64,000 nucleotides of DNA from Glaucostegus cemiculus. Taxonomy: Eukaryota. The position numbers were made by a program, and so were the translations under genes. The notes beneath the pieces are model-generated. The model saw only the letters and a program-made list of their open reading frames with translations, had not been told where the DNA came from and made no database searches. The stretch spans positions 1,116,001 to 1,180,000 of the forward strand of contig CDPCPM010000425.1 of assembly GCA_976551045.1 (NCBI GenBank), in the 5' to 3' direction. Below are positions 35,850 through 49,490 of this stretch, piece after piece (positions within the stretch are counted from its first letter, which is position 1; each line of letters starts with the position of its first letter).

Positions 35850-38150
35850 TCTCTTCATTAGATAAGTCAGAGGACACCTATGGTTTAAATATAAGGATTT
35901 TCGGGGAATTTGGGGACGCAATCGCCGGGACACTGATCATAGTTTATGAATGCTGGTTGGATGCGGGTGCCGCTGGAGGAAGGGAGAGTCGCAAATGTTC
36001 CCAGCTTCTTGAAAAGAGGCCAGTCCTTTCAACCTCAGTCGTGGGAAAGCTTTTAGAAACAATGACCCGGATCAAGATTGAGAGTCACCAAGCGGAAGGA
36101 CGACCAATTAGGGCAGGAAAACCGGGATTTTTAAGGGCAAAACGAGTTCAACGAATTCAACCTGTTTTAGGATGTGGCAGATGGACCTGATGGGACTAAT
36201 GCATGATGGTGCACAATGTCTTCAAGAAAGCGTTTGATTCGAAGGAACAGTTGGTAATAGCACGGCTTCAAAGTAACAAGGATGAGTTGGGTGCAGAGAT
36301 GGCTAAATAACAGCTCGTATTTTCCATAAAGAAAGAGGAATAGTGGTGCTTCCCAGGGATCTGTATTATGGCCATACATACTGCAGACGTAGAATTAAGA
36401 ATTCAAATCATAATTTCCAGTTTTTTCACTTGTCACAAGGTGGGGACGGTTTGAACAGCCAAGCGGACAGTGATAATTCCTGGTAGATACGCACAGGGTG
36501 CAGCAACGGGCAGTCGACAGTGACAGATGCATTAATGTGCGCTGTGTTCTATCAGAAAGGCTGAGATGAGGCGAGATCGATTTATTAAAGCTTTTCTGAA
36601 AGGGAAACAGGGAGCTCGACTATAAAATTCAATGAACACGTGACACACTGCCTTGGCTGAAGGAGAGGCAGGACCGGCCACTCACTACTCCGGCGTTTAG
36701 GTTTTTCAGTCGAGGCAGAGAAGAATGTCGGAGTAGGTGACGTTTTCCGATCAGTCAACTCATGCATTACTTCAGTATTGAGTGGTATCTTATGATATCC
36801 CAGACTGAGTGACATCTTATGATATCCCAGATTCCTACTCAAAGCCCATTTTTGGAGTGCTGAGGAATGACAATAATGACTTCGCTTTTCTTGAGTTTTG
36901 CTGCAGACATCCAAATGGTGACAGGAGACAAAGGAACATACATGTGAGAGGGGATTTCAATTTCCCGAATGTTAGCATGGATGGCCTTAGCGTAAAAAGG
37001 TTCAAGGGAAGGATTTTCTCAGATATGTCCACGAGAGCCTTCTGCTGCAGTATTTTCATGAGACTGAGGGAGGGGGCACCACTGGGCTATATCGTGGGGA
37101 ATAAAGCAGGTCAGGCGGGTAGAGTATCAGAGGCGACGTATTCTGGATGTCGCGAACAAATCTCCCTCAAATACAAAGTGTTTATAAAAATGATAGTGGT
37201 GGGCCAGATAAAGATGATAGTGGCGGGCCAGATAAAGATGATAGTGGTGGGCCAAGAACACAGACATTAAATTGGGGAAGCCAAAGTTCCTTCATATAGG
37301 ACAGCAGCTGGCAAACTTCGTGCATTTACTTTTCGGTAAGTCTACACCTGTATTCTGGGAAGAACTCACAGGACACATAGCAAGAGTTCAGCGCCCACAT
37401 GTTCCTGCAAGACAAAGACAAGGGTAGAAAGGGCAGGGCACCCTCGGTGTCCAGTGAAACCCAGAGATGGTTAAACAGTAAAAAAAAAATCTATCACAGA
37501 GAACGAGGACAAAAGACAGAGAACACCATCAAGAGTACAACAAGCGCAGGGAGACTTGGAAAAGGAATCATAAAGATAAGAACGGACCGTGAAATCACTG
37601 GTGCTCAGGATTCACACGTGTCTGAATGCATTTCCAATTGTATTAAGGGCAAAAAAATAATCATGGAGACGGAACAGGACACATTGCAGACAACAGGGCA
37701 ACCGGCGCACGGAGACAGAAAGAAAAGGCGAAGACCAAAATGAATACCTCACAAATGAAACGGATTTGGAGATAGAACATCCATCGAAGAGAGCGGTGAA
37801 ATTCTTTTGTGAGTGTCCCTATGAAAGGAGGATTGAATCGGAAATTTCCTGTACTCAAAGATGGCGTTAAATCCTCAAGAGTCGGCTGAAATTTATCCCA
37901 GGTTGCCTTAGTTGGCAACGAACGACGTTCGAAGACAGGGCTCAAGCTAATTTGTAAATTGCCACTGTCTGCAAGACAAATAAAAGATGGCAAATGAACT
38001 TCCTCTTATCAAGAAGGGCAGCAGAGAACGCCCGGCAATTGAAGAACTGTGAGCTGAATATCAGTCGTCCGGACATTGTTGGGAACGATTCTGGGGGACA
38101 GAATTAATGATCACTTAGGAAGGCAGAGACGAACCGGACATAGCACCACG
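35850..38150 (+). mobile_element. Two old CR1 ORF2 fragments (RT part ~35850-36550; endonuclease-to-RT part ~36860-38150)
   Basis: RPVLSTSVVGKLLE, GDFNFPN and degenerate SLISVV motifs; a 24-bp triplicated unit at ~37184-37255 lies inside. Confidence 0.7.
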
Positions 38151-38209
38151 ACATTGTCCAGGCCAGATCCCGCCTGAACAATCTGATCAAAGGTTGAACA
38201 GGTAGGCAA

Positions 38210-38530
38210 TACACGTCCCCCACTCCTCGCTTGAAGGGGAAGAGATGGGAATATCCGACAAACACTTCAGCCCTTCCCAGGGTTACTTCTCTTTGCGACC
38301 ACTTCCTGGAACACTCCACTTTCCTAGCAGACACCCCACTCCATCCGGCCCCTTGCCTTGGAGCTGCATGTAGGGCAACACTTGGCCTTTCCTCTGTTGC
38401 CTTCCCACCATCCACGACCCGGTGAATTTTTAAGTGAATCAGCGATTCCCGTTCACCTCTTCCAATCTAGTGCACTGCATTCGGTGTTCAAAATGTGGTC
38501 TCCTTCATATGAGAATATAAACCAGAACGT
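38210..38530 (+). mobile_element. Penelope-like GIY-YIG endonuclease remnant
   Basis: TSSNLVHCIRCSKCGLLH resembles the PLE motif NLVYCIRCSxCGLLYIGET. Confidence 0.6.
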
Positions 38531-38591
38531 TATTTCTGCAGAAAATATATTTTTCCTCCTGTTGTGTCTTCCAGGTTCTTTGCATTGTCCA

Positions 38592-39350
38592 TTAGAATCA
38601 TAGAGTTCAACAGAACAGAGATGGGCCCTTCGGCCCTGCCTGTCTGTGCCAATCGTCAAGAGACCGTTGGCACTAATCAGATTTGCCTTCACGAGATCCA
38701 GAGCATTACAAAAAAATACAACTTCATTACAAACGTTGATTTCCACTCCATATGCAAATCGGTGCAGATCTCAGTATCATCGTTCACTCACTAATTTTGG
38801 GGACCTCGGTACCGTGAGCTTCACTGGGATAATTACCAGCAGTTGCATTTGCCGAGGAAGTAGAACGTTGCAGCACATTAATTGACCCTTCGACCCATGT
38901 AGTCTCTGCTGCGTACGATGCCAGTTTCCACACTGTGGAAATAGTTGTCACTGTTTGGCCAATAATTCCAGTAAATTTGATCAGGTGCACAGTTTTTTTA
39001 CAGCTGCAACTTAACTTCCTGACTCTTATACTCAGTAACCCGACCTATGAAGACAAACATGTGACGCATCTTCTTTACCTGCCTATCTATTTGCATGGCC
39101 ATTCCAGGGAACTCCGGACTTGGAGCTCAAGACTCATGTGCTGACCAATGCTGTTAAGGGTCCAGTCATTATCTGTGTATTTTCTCTGTCAAAGTGCACC
39201 TGACTCTTACTGTGATTCAACTTCATCTGCCATTTCTCCGCCGATGTCTGCACCGAATGTATATCCTGGTCTCTCACCTTCGTCACTGTCCATAACTCGA
39301 CAACTTTGTGCCGTCTGTCAACATATTAACCCATCCATTTACATTTTCGT
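38592..39350 (-). mobile_element. Degenerate CR1 fragment
   Basis: AGAATCATAGAG...GGCCCTTCGGCCC tail and RT C-terminal remnants. Confidence 0.6.
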
Positions 39351-39654
39351 CGAAGTCATTGATGCACATCACAGACATACTGTGGCGCCATTCACTGCCG
39401 TCAACTGGGCAGCGAATGACCGCGGCTGTGTTCTCACATCAATTTACCGTTTCACTCGCAAAGGAGTCCTGTAAATGGAAGAAACTGAGAGTTAAATTGT
39501 TTTATTTTGGCAAAATTCGCCCAGGTAGTCTGCTGTCTAGATAATTCATTGAATAAGAAATGTAAAGAACTAAATGTACTTCAGATACTGGACATTCCCT
39601 GTTCAATATCGCACTCATTAATGGGAAACGCCGCGATCCACCTCTGACCTGAGC

Positions 39655-40305
39655 TTATTTTTTTTAATTAATTTTAGAACTGATATCACTGGAGATTTCA
39701 CCGTGCATTTGAACTGTTCTCGGAATATGGACTGTGTCACCCCATATATCAATGTAATTGTACAAGAACTTAAATTTGACAGCACATGTCTACATGTTGC
39801 AATATACGTAAAGAGCCATTGTAGTGTTTGGGATTAGTTACGACGATATTATAATACATGAAGTCTAAAACATACACCGACCACAGAAGAAAGAAGCTTC
39901 CGAAAATGGTGAAGAGTAATAACTCAGACTTCCTTCTCCTTTCCATCTCTGGGTCACTGTGATTCTCCTCCTTGTTCTGACCCCTCAGTCCCTTACGGAT
40001 CCGACTCGCCAACAGGATGTGTCTTAGTGTTGGAGCATTGAGCAGTAAAATGAAAGCGAACGGTACCAAAGGAGTAAAGAATTTATCAAAGCAGTGAAAT
40101 ACCACCCACGCCGGCTCGGTATAATAGCTTGGGTTTGTTTTACAATCCCACGGCACGTTGTCGATTATCACCGCTGGTTCATAGGTAAAGAGGAAGGGGA
40201 GGTTCTTTATACAGAGAAAAATGCCGATCGTTGTCAGAAACACAGAGGCAGTTTTCGCCCTGAAATGTTTTGTTTTCACTTTCTTGCAACAGATGGCGAC
40301 ATCGC
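39655..40305 (-). pseudogene. GPR139-like GPCR pseudogene fragment (TM3 end to C-terminus)
   Basis: VAICCKKVKTK..KTASV..CIKNLPF..TPLVPFAFILLLNAPTLRHILLASRIRKGLRG..SDPEMERRRKS..SFFLLW; frameshift near 39780 into LSSCT..IYGVTQSIFREQ; 5' part absent. Confidence 0.88.
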
Positions 40306-42299
40306 CGTCAGCAGCAGCGCTGGGATCATTTGTTTTGAACTTTGGGAATTATGTTTCGCGTCGCGAATTCACTCTTTGTCTGTGGACAGTGGTTTCCAGC
40401 TGCGCGTCCAACGGACGGATGCCCAATGGATGCTGTTTCCAACGACAAATATCCCAGTCTGCTCTATTTGAACCCCAGTTCAATGAGAAGTTGCCAGGGA
40501 CGTGTCGGTCAACACTGATGTTTCCAGCTGCGAAATTCAAATGTCGCTCTGAACGTGCTTCTTCTTGTAACGTGTCCCCAGAACATACATCTGACAAGCT
40601 ATTCTTTTTAAGTGGCGATTCTCTTGCTCTCTGGGGTCAGCAGCCAGTCAGCTTGGGCACGCCCTTTAATTGCGTTCTACTTGCGTTCTCTGTCGCTCAT
40701 TGAGGGCCTACCTGCAAAGAGAGGCGTCGAGAATATGGACTGTTCATTAAAGCAGGTCACATTCTGAATTGGGCATGAGGGCCGATGTTTTATGACCAAG
40801 CGCAGACTGTGTGTGATCGAATATCAGACAAAAACGAATACTAAGCTCCATGTGAATTGCCAGCTGATTTCCAACACATCTCCCACTTCTACGAGGCTCA
40901 GTAAGGGAGGAGAGATTGGTTGAGATACCCAACGATCCAAATGTTTGCTGCTAAACTGTTGGGGAGTTCTGCGTAGTCCTTGTAACAAATATGAACGTGT
41001 TTGTTGCAGAACGGAATGAAAGTTTATCCTGCGTCCTGGTACAAATCAATGCTCACCTGCTTTCAGATCTCCAGTGCTGAATCTCACGGAAGAGCAGTTC
41101 ATTATGAAGTTTCCACAAACCATACCGCAGCCTCGGTGTCCAGTGATCTGGACTCTACAACAGAAGGTACGAATGTGAACTAGCAGTCCCGTTCCCCGCA
41201 ACACAAGTCGCAATGACGTACCGAAGGCCACATTGGCCATTCGGTACCGTTGACCAGTTCTTGGAATTGACTGTCGATGCGTGATGAGACAGCTCGTCAA
41301 TGGACAAGGAAGAAGTGTGACCGAGTGACAGAATGGGATTTATTAGATTGGGATGAGATTGCAATGAAGGAGTGACAGATCGTTGAAATGAGATTGGTAT
41401 AGATCGGGATTTGATGGGCGGCACGGACACGGAGAGCAGAATGGTACTTCCATATTACCTGGCTTCATGGAACAGAAACAGCGTTAACTAGAGTGGTCAA
41501 GAGTCTTTTCCAGTTAAACTGTTTCTGCACCATCGCTTCAAAGTCCATCAACTCCCATATATTCCGGTTTTAAAAGAGGTCAGTACTGCAAGGGCAGTTC
41601 TGTCACTCATAATAGAGTTGAAGTCAAAGTGTTTTACATTAAAAATCTTGTCAGGTGAAGTTGAAACTGTCTAGATCAAGGGGTCACTGTCTCAGGATAA
41701 GGGCTGAGCCAGTCAGACGAGACAAGAAGGTTTGACTGCAAGAGGAAGAGAATCTTTGGATTTCTCCGCCTAAAAGCTGATGAGGCTCACTTGCTGAATG
41801 TAATTTCGACTGTGATGGAATTAGTTTGGACACAAAACGAATCACAAATTTGAAGAGTGCAGTCAAGTAGTCCTGAAATAATGTGTTGCCCATCGTAATG
41901 TGATTCGCGGAGCTCTTCTCCGCTGGTATATTTATTTTGTTCTTATATTAAGCAACGGGTGCAGATCTTCCTGCACAGGCTCATCGTATTCCACAAGGTA
42001 AGAGTGGAAGTAAACTGCAATCCAATATTATCACATTCTCCCGCTGTGTGTCAGGCATCTTACGAATTTGTTCTGCATGCGAAATGCCGAGTCGAACTTG
42101 AGCATTTTTCATTTACCACTCCACGAGCGGGAACAGCATGGGTCTGAAAAGAGAAACCCTTCCAGGTCAATATATTCCTTGAGTTATCAGGTGGGGTAAA
42201 GTGCGCGTTGATTAATGATTCTATCCCAAGTTTGCTGCAGCAAACATTCCCAGCACAGCACAGCCCGTGTCTTACCTCAGGACCTCTCTGAATGGGTCA

Positions 42300-42475
42300 G
42301 TATCATAATCATGTTCATTATCACTGACATATGTCGTGAAATGTGCTGTTTTGCGGCAGCATTACAGTGCCAGACAAAAAGACGTCAATTCCGATAAGAT
42401 TTGAATAATAAATCAACAGTGCGAAAGTGGTATAATGAGGTAGTGCTCATGGGTTCCCGGAGTGTTCAGAAATTA
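42300..42475 (-). mobile_element. Rex1/Babar-like LINE 3'-tail fragment
   Basis: ATTATCACTGACATATGTCGTGAAAT.TG.TGTTTTGCGGCAGCA.TACAGTGC resembles, from memory, a common batoid LINE tail. Confidence 0.45.
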
Positions 42476-42990
42476 CTCACCACATTCGGAGATCATTGTT
42501 ATTGGCTCCTCTTCCATTCCCTCCGAGTACCACTGCTTCTACAACTCTCGGTCCATGCGACACACTGGAAAAACGGATTTGAAATTGCAATCATTGCGGT
42601 GACGTTATTTCCGAGATCAGTCCATTAGTCAGGCAGCAGGGAAGCAGAATTCAATACTTAGGTGCCAGAAAAAAGATGCAGTCTGGTCTGGTAAAAGTCT
42701 ACTTCTGTGGAATCTGGAGAAGTCGAGGCGGGTCGCACCTTCAAGGGATCCTCGAGTGTTCCGGTGGGCAACAGTAAGAGCATTTGGTGACAGTAAATAA
42801 GGTGGAAAGACCGAGGTGGTAGCAGTGTGATACAATTTCATGAAGCGCATCTTCAGTATTAAAATCTAGCGGCAGTGATAAGTCAGGAGGACGAGAAGTG
42901 TTCAGTGCTCGTAGGACTGATGGTGTAAGCCGACACTGCCGGAAGTAAAATAGGAAATGGAAGCGCGTGATAAATCAATGGCTAACTTAC

Positions 42991-43063
42991 ATTCCGGAGT
43001 GGGATCCAAAGCCAAGTCTCCGCTACATGAACCAAGCACCTGAGATCACTTGGTCACTCTGAT
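42991..43063 (-). pseudogene. Highly degenerate tRNA-Leu-like relic
   Basis: Minus strand ATCAGAGTGACCAAGTGATCTCAGGTGCTTGGTTCA...GGATCCCACTCCGGAA loosely follows GTCAGGATGGCCGAGCGGTCTAAGGCGCTGCGTTCA...GAATCCCACTCCTGACA. Confidence 0.35.
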
Positions 43064-45317
43064 GGCCAAAGTATCTGTTCTGTGCTGGTTACGACGCTGA
43101 CGTAAATCCAAAAATCAATCCTCATTTTTTGTCTCCGAAAACGACCAAATTTGACTCAAAGATTTTACTTCCATTTCTTGCCTGAGTAAGTGATTCTATA
43201 TATTTCCTGAAATTCCACATATCCACTGAAATGGCAGGACATTGGCTGCGGTCAGCGCTGTTTATTTTGTCTCCCTAGCTGGGAAGTGAGGATGAAACAT
43301 TGCAAGAATCTGAGCTTTGTTTAATTCTGTTTGCTGTCGATAAGAAAATAATTCTCAGAAACCATCCTGGACACCGTGATATCCACAGGATCTCCGTCCA
43401 TATATTCCCGCCACACCAGGCAGAGACTCCATCACATTCTGAAATTATCTTCTCTTCATACGCGCCCTACACTGAGGTTACATTGGTATAAACAAATGCA
43501 AAGACTTCCTGAAAAGTAAGAGGTGATTGCTGAGGAGGTCACGTGCAATAGGTGTGAATGGCATTGAGCAAGACTCTCTGTTTGGAAATGACAGTCTGTG
43601 TGCGAAAGTGTAGGGCGATACTGAATGTGTGAGGACGCCAGCAACTTGAATTTACATCCTTTACAAAAATGCAGAAATTGCTTCAGTGAACGGACAACAC
43701 GGAGAGAGGCTGGAAATTCAGGTGACATCTGTGGCAAAATTATCGCTTTTCCAAGGTAAGTGGAACTACATCCAATTCAGTAAAACAGTACAACAGCTCA
43801 ATCCCCAAAACATGATCTGAACTCTTCCCTTGATCGCTTCGTTGAAATTGCGTGTGTGTGAGAAAGAAGAAAGACAGAGAGGGGAAAGAAAGAGAATGAG
43901 AGGCAGAAAGGCAGAGAAAAGGAGACCGAGAAAGAAAGAATGGGAGAGGGAAAGAGAGACAAACAGACAGACAAACAGTCAGAGTGCCAAGTGAGACTGG
44001 AGAGGCAGGAGCAACTCACTTAAAATTTTGGAGGACCTCAGTGGGTCAGGCAGACTCAAGGGAGGGAAATGAACAGTCGGCGTTGAGAGTTTGAGCGCAG
44101 TTTGGGGGTTGACTGAAGCTTCTTCTACGGAGAATCCATGAAAACCATTGGTATCAAGAAAAAAATCCTGCTCGAAACGTCACTGAAATGTTACAAGACC
44201 GCGACATGGAAAATGGGTCTGGCCATGCATCCGTGCGCGTATTGTTGAGGTACTGATGATCAGGAGGTTCTCTGCCTTACAACTGGAGTCGAGCCTTCGC
44301 AGAAATCAGGTCAATTTCAGTTTTATGGCAGTGATTTTTCCGCCACTTTCCGTGGCACAACTTCACAAATTGCACCTTGCGGAATACCCAGCCGGGAATT
44401 TCTCGAAGCACGAACAGAAAATGAGGGAAATACTCTTCGTTTTCGGCCAGATCTGTAAAAAGAGGAAGAGTTAACGTTTCGATTCCGGGACACGTCGTTA
44501 AAACAGGGGAAAAGAGAAATACAATATGGGTTTCGGTACGATAGGAACTCACGAAACGATATGCAGGACAAAGAGGGAGTTTCAAACCCAAACTCCACAC
44601 CGGCGCAACGGCATCCTGCACAGCACTGTTGAAATGCATTCACCACACCGGCTCCAGCGGTTCTATGTACATGTCCGGCGCCACCTTTTGGTGATCACCA
44701 GTAACTACCAATCTTCTGACTACTCACAATTTTCAACAGTGAAGCAAAATGAAATGTCACTTTCTCAACTGCAATTCTTAATATTGCATGTTTTCAAAGA
44801 ACTTTACGACAACTGCTTTAATGCTTCAGGACTTCCTATTTTACAGCGCATAAGCATCTGTCCGGAACAGAAAGGCAACGGTTAATTCTTCAAAGGTGAG
44901 GATATAAGTCTGATAAATCCTCCCCACGGCGAACAAAAAATGTGAGTTATGCCATATCTCTGCAAACCAGTTCTCAGTATTTTGCTCCAATATATTGTAA
45001 AGGGGCAGAAAATACACGGCAGGAAGAAATGTTATCGCCAAATACTCTCCGGGGTCACCAGTGACCTCCGAACTTAGTCACAGCGTTTGATGGTGTATTA
45101 TCAGAAACAAGGGCATAATTAAGCGGGAATGAATAACTCCTTCAGCTGCATTGGGCCAGGCACTTGTTTCGGCAATGGATTCACTTTGAAACATCACATT
45201 ACGATTAGAAATTGATGATTATCACAATGGTTAAGTGCAGAGTTGGAGCGGTATGGTCCCCCGTGTCCTTGCCCTAAACACAGTACAAAGTATTTCAGTT
45301 ACCAATGAACTGGAAGG

Positions 45318-45405
45318 GGCTCGTTGGTCTAGGGCTGTCATTCTCGCTTTAGGCTTGAATTTCTGAGCATGTGAGAGGTCCCGGGTTCAAATGCCGGACG
45401 AGCCA
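45318..45405 (+). tRNA. tRNA-Pro-like gene with a 16-nt intron; anticodon reads TAG (or AGG after a 1-nt insertion)
   Basis: GGCTCGTTGGTCTAGGG...TTCTCGCTTTAGG[CTTGAATTTCTGAGCA]TGTGAGAGGTCCCGGGTTCAAATGCCGGACGAGCCA; acceptor stem and B box intact; several substitutions relative to vertebrate tRNA-Pro. Confidence 0.8.
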
Positions 45406-45689
45406 TCTTGTTTGAAACATTACTTTACCATTTTGGACCTAGTGGTGAAGAAGTAGTTTGGCACACTTGCCGGCATCAATCAGAGTATCGACAACAGAGA
45501 TGGCGTGTCATGTCACAGCTGCACTAGATGTTGGGAGATCGTACTTGCAGTTTGGTTCTCGTTTTCCTCTACCTCTCGTATTTGATGTTTACTCTTTTCT
45601 AATCTAGATTAAATATAGGCATAAGCAAATAAATTAAGTTTGCTGCTTCATTGAACATGGGGAAATACAAGAGGAACGGGTCATTCGTC

Positions 45690-46610
45690 TCACAATGTTG
45701 TGCGGAACTAATTAAAATAATGACAAGTAATCACTTCTGCTGAGCATGGTCCCTATCACGCCATTCTCTGCACATCCATGTGTCTATCTGAGAGCCTCTT
45801 AAACGCCTCGATCGCCAGGCAGCCACCACTCTCTGTCTAAAACACTTGCCCCGCATATCTCCTTTGAACTCCAACTTAAACGCATGCCATCCAGCATTAA
45901 ATGAAACCCTACTTTGCAAAGGTTGATTGGGATATCCTTTCAGCAGGTTACGGGACGTCTGCTGAGTGCTCAGCTGCTAGATGTGAGGTAGGGAGCGGAG
46001 GAATGAGGGAAATGAAGAGCATGTATAAAAGCATATCCACATCGCAACACAGGAGCTAATGCCAGTCGAAAGGCACATTGAGGTAGGTAAATCCCCATGG
46101 CCTGATCACGTGTAACCTATGACATTGTGGAAGCTTCGGCAGCAATTGCAGCGGTCCGGGCAGAAATATTTGCGTTATCCTTAGGCACGGATGAGGCACC
46201 GACTGACTGGAGGTTAGGTAATGTTATACCTTAATTCAACATGGGTTGGAAGTACAGGACAGGGAACGACAGGCCGGTGAGTTTTACATCAGTGTTGAGG
46301 ACGTTATTTGAGTGGATTCTAAGAGACAGGATCGACGAGGACTTGGAAAACAAGGACTGACGAGGGAGAGGCAACATGACTTTGTTCGGAGCAACTCGTA
46401 ACTTATAAATCTGATTGAGGTTTTTGAAGTAACATCGGAGAAGATTGACAAGAGCAGAGAGCTAGATGTAGTTTTCATGGACATTAGCCTGACCTTTGAC
46501 TAGAACCCAAATGGTTGCCTGGTCCGGCAGGTTAGATCACATGAATGCCAGGATGAGCTGGCCTGCAAAATTGGCTTGGAAAGCGACAGAGGATGGTAGT
46601 GAGGAGTTGT
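45690..46610. mobile_element. CR1 fragments (45690-45915 minus 3' end; 46070-46610 plus RT N-terminal part)
   Basis: FKGDMRGKCFRQRVVAAW (minus); RPVSFTSV and QHDFVRSNS.LINLIEVFE (plus). Confidence 0.7.
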
Positions 46611-46974
46611 TGAAATCTCGAGTTTCCTATCACTACAGCTCTCCTTGAATCCACCCGCCTGTTTTGTCCATCAGCATCAGCCGATGTGCTACAGACAAAG
46701 TTTCTGCTTGTCTTCTTTGTAAGGTCATCACTACTACAGTATCCACAAAGATATAGGTGTTAATGCGGGGGATGACCACAGCTGTTTTCTACATGATCTG
46801 CCGACCTGCTCTGCCTTTCCTGGTGGTGACCCTGCGAACTACTACCTGCACAATAGTCGTGAACCCCTCTCAAAAGCTCCTGATCTTGATTTTATCAGCA
46901 TCACGGATGTACCAGAGTGAGTTCAACTGCAGCTGCCGCCGTCAACGCAGTCAATTTACAAATATTTTTTGTAT

Positions 46975-48790
46975 GTAACGTTGGTCTCTTTTTCTTCAGG
47001 TAAATAAGGAGGAAAACACAGGACAGAGTAGATACAGGACCGATAGAAAACGACGCTAGAGAAATTGTAATGGGAGATAAGGAGATGGCAGAGGAACTGA
47101 ATGGGTATTTTGCATAAGTCTTCACAGCGGAAGACATTAGCAGTGTACCGCACACCCAATGCTGCCAGGGAATAGAAGTGTATGCAGTCATAATTATAAC
47201 AGATAAGGTATTTCGGAGGCTGAATTGTCTATTGGTAGATATCTATCCTGGACCATATGGAATGCACCCTCGTGTTCGATGGAAGTAGCTGTAGAGATTT
47301 CGGAGGCTTCAATAATGATCTTTCAAGGATCAATAGATATTGGCATGGTTTCGGAGGACTGGAATATTGCAAATGTCACTCCGCTTGTTAAGAAGGGCGC
47401 GAGCCAGCAAAAGGAAATTATAGACCTGTGAGCCTGACATCGGTGGTTAGGAAGATGTTGGAGTCGATTGCCAAGTATGAGGTTACGGAGTACCTGGAGG
47501 CACATGATAAGATAGGCTGAATTCAGCATGGTATCCTAAAAGGAAAATCCGGCCTGACAAACATATTGCAATCTTTTGAGGAACTTGCAAGCAAACTAGA
47601 AAAAAGGAGATGCAGTGGGTGTTGTGTATTTCGATGCTGAGAAGGCCTTTGACAAGGGACCGCACAACAGGCTGCTGTAAGAGCACAAGGATTTAAAGAA
47701 AAGTCACGAGCATGGATAGATGATTGGATGATTGGCAGGACACAGAGAATGGGAATAAAGGGATCGCATTCTTGTTGGCTGGCAGTTACCAGTGGTTTTC
47801 GGAGGGGTCCGTGTTGGGGCAGCTTCTTTTTACGTTGTATATCAATGATTTGTATAATAGAATAAATGGCTTCATGGCTAAGTTTGACGATGATACAAAG
47901 ATAGTTGGAGGGGCGTGTAGTGTTGAGGAAACAGACAGTCTGCAGAGAGACTTGGATAGACCAGCAGAATCGGCAAAGAAGTGGAAAATGAAATGCACTG
48001 TTGGAAAATGTATGATCATGCACTTTGGTAGAATAAATAAACGGACAGACTATTATTTAATAGGGGGAAAATTCAAAATTCAGAGATGCAAAGGGACTGG
48101 GAGTCCTCGTGCAGGGTGCCCTAAAATTAAACCTACAGGTTGAGTGTGTGGTAAAAAAAATGTTGGCGTTAATTTCTGGAGGAATAGGATATAAGAGCAG
48201 GTATGTGATTTTGAGGCTCTGCAAGGCATTGGTAAGACCTCACTTGGAGTACTGTGTGCAGGTTTTGGCTCATTAATTAAGAAAAGATGTATGAAGTTGG
48301 AGTGGGTTCAGAGAAGATTCATTGGAATGATTCCAGGAATGAGAGGGTTAATATATGAGGAAGATTTGACGGCTCTTGGACTGGACCCCTTGGAGTTCAG
48401 AAGAATGATGGGGAACCTCATAAAAACATTCCGAATGTTATAAGGCCTGGATAGAGCAGATGTGGCAAAGTTGTTTCTAATGGTAAGGAAGTCTTGCACA
48501 AGAGGGCACGACTTCAGGATTGAAGGTTTCCATTAAGAATAGATATGCGGTGAAATGTCTTGTACCAGAGAGTGGTGAATCTATGCCATGGGAGACAGTG
48601 GAGGAGAAATCATTAGGTATTTAGAAGGCAGAGATTAATAGGTACTGGAACAGCCAGGGCATCAAAGGTTATGCTGAGAAAGCGGAGGAGTGGGGCTAAA
48701 TGGGAGAATGGATCAGCTGATGATAGGATGGGGGAACAGACTTGATAGGTCGAATGGCCACATCTGCTCCTATTGCCTTACGGTATTATG
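46975..48790 (+). mobile_element. CR1 LINE, ORF2 RT through 3' UTR, frameshifted
   Basis: EMAEELNGYFA, EDWNIANVTPL, GSVLGQLLFTLYINDL..MAKFDDDTK, LVRPHLEYCVQ, GIKGY and a CR1 3' UTR. Confidence 0.92.
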
Positions 48791-48959
48791 GCACTTCCGC
48801 CATTCCAGTGCTCACTCTGCCGAGCAGTCTTTGCACGACCCCCATCGAGGTTATCTTCGTGTAATTTTTATCCTGCTGTCTGTTTCACTGCCAAATCGAA
48901 AACTACCTGTTTATACACGTAATGCTACATCTGCCATGTATTTGCCGACTCACCGAACT

Positions 48960-49490
48960 TGACTACATAGAACACTATAGGTCAGCAAAAGGGCCTTCGG
49001 ACCACAACGCCGTGCCGAACGAATTAAATTAGTAATCAAACGCCCAACTAAACGGATCCCTTCTGCCTTCAGAATGTCCAAATACTTCCATTTCCCTCTC
49101 ATTCATGTGCCTATCTGAGAGTGTCTTCAATCCCGCTGTAGTATTTTCCTCCACCACCACTCCTGGCACGACATTCCAGGTACCCACCATTCCCTGTGTA
49201 AAAAACTAACCCCCCACACCCCCCGCCGCCACATCTCCTTTGAACTTACCAATCTCACCTTACATGCATGCCCTCTGGTATAAGTATTTCAACTGTGCGA
49301 AAATATACTGGCTCTCTGCTCGATCTGTGCCTCTCATAATGGTACAGTTCCTCGATCAGATCTCCCCTCAGCCTCTGCCGCTCCAGAGAAAGCAACCCAA
49401 GTCTGTCCAAACTCGCCTCATCGTAAATGCGCTCGAATCCAGTCAGCATCCTGGGAAACCTCTTCTGCACTCTCTCCAAAGCCTCGACAT
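48960..49490 (-). mobile_element. CR1 3'-end fragment
   Basis: DVEALERVQKRFPRMLTG..LGLLSLERQRLRGDLIE; ACATAGAACA tail. Confidence 0.85.

Noticed and set aside
37184-37255. 24-bp unit x3 (also a 27-bp duplication at ~36788-36832) as a CRISPR-like array
   Set aside because: Head-to-tail slippage repeats with no spacers and no cas genes, in a vertebrate context
42630-45040. Exon-like unique stretches, e.g. donor CAAG|GTAAGT at ~43755, with faint Ig-like peptides
   Set aside because: Stops in all frames and similarity too weak to call by eye
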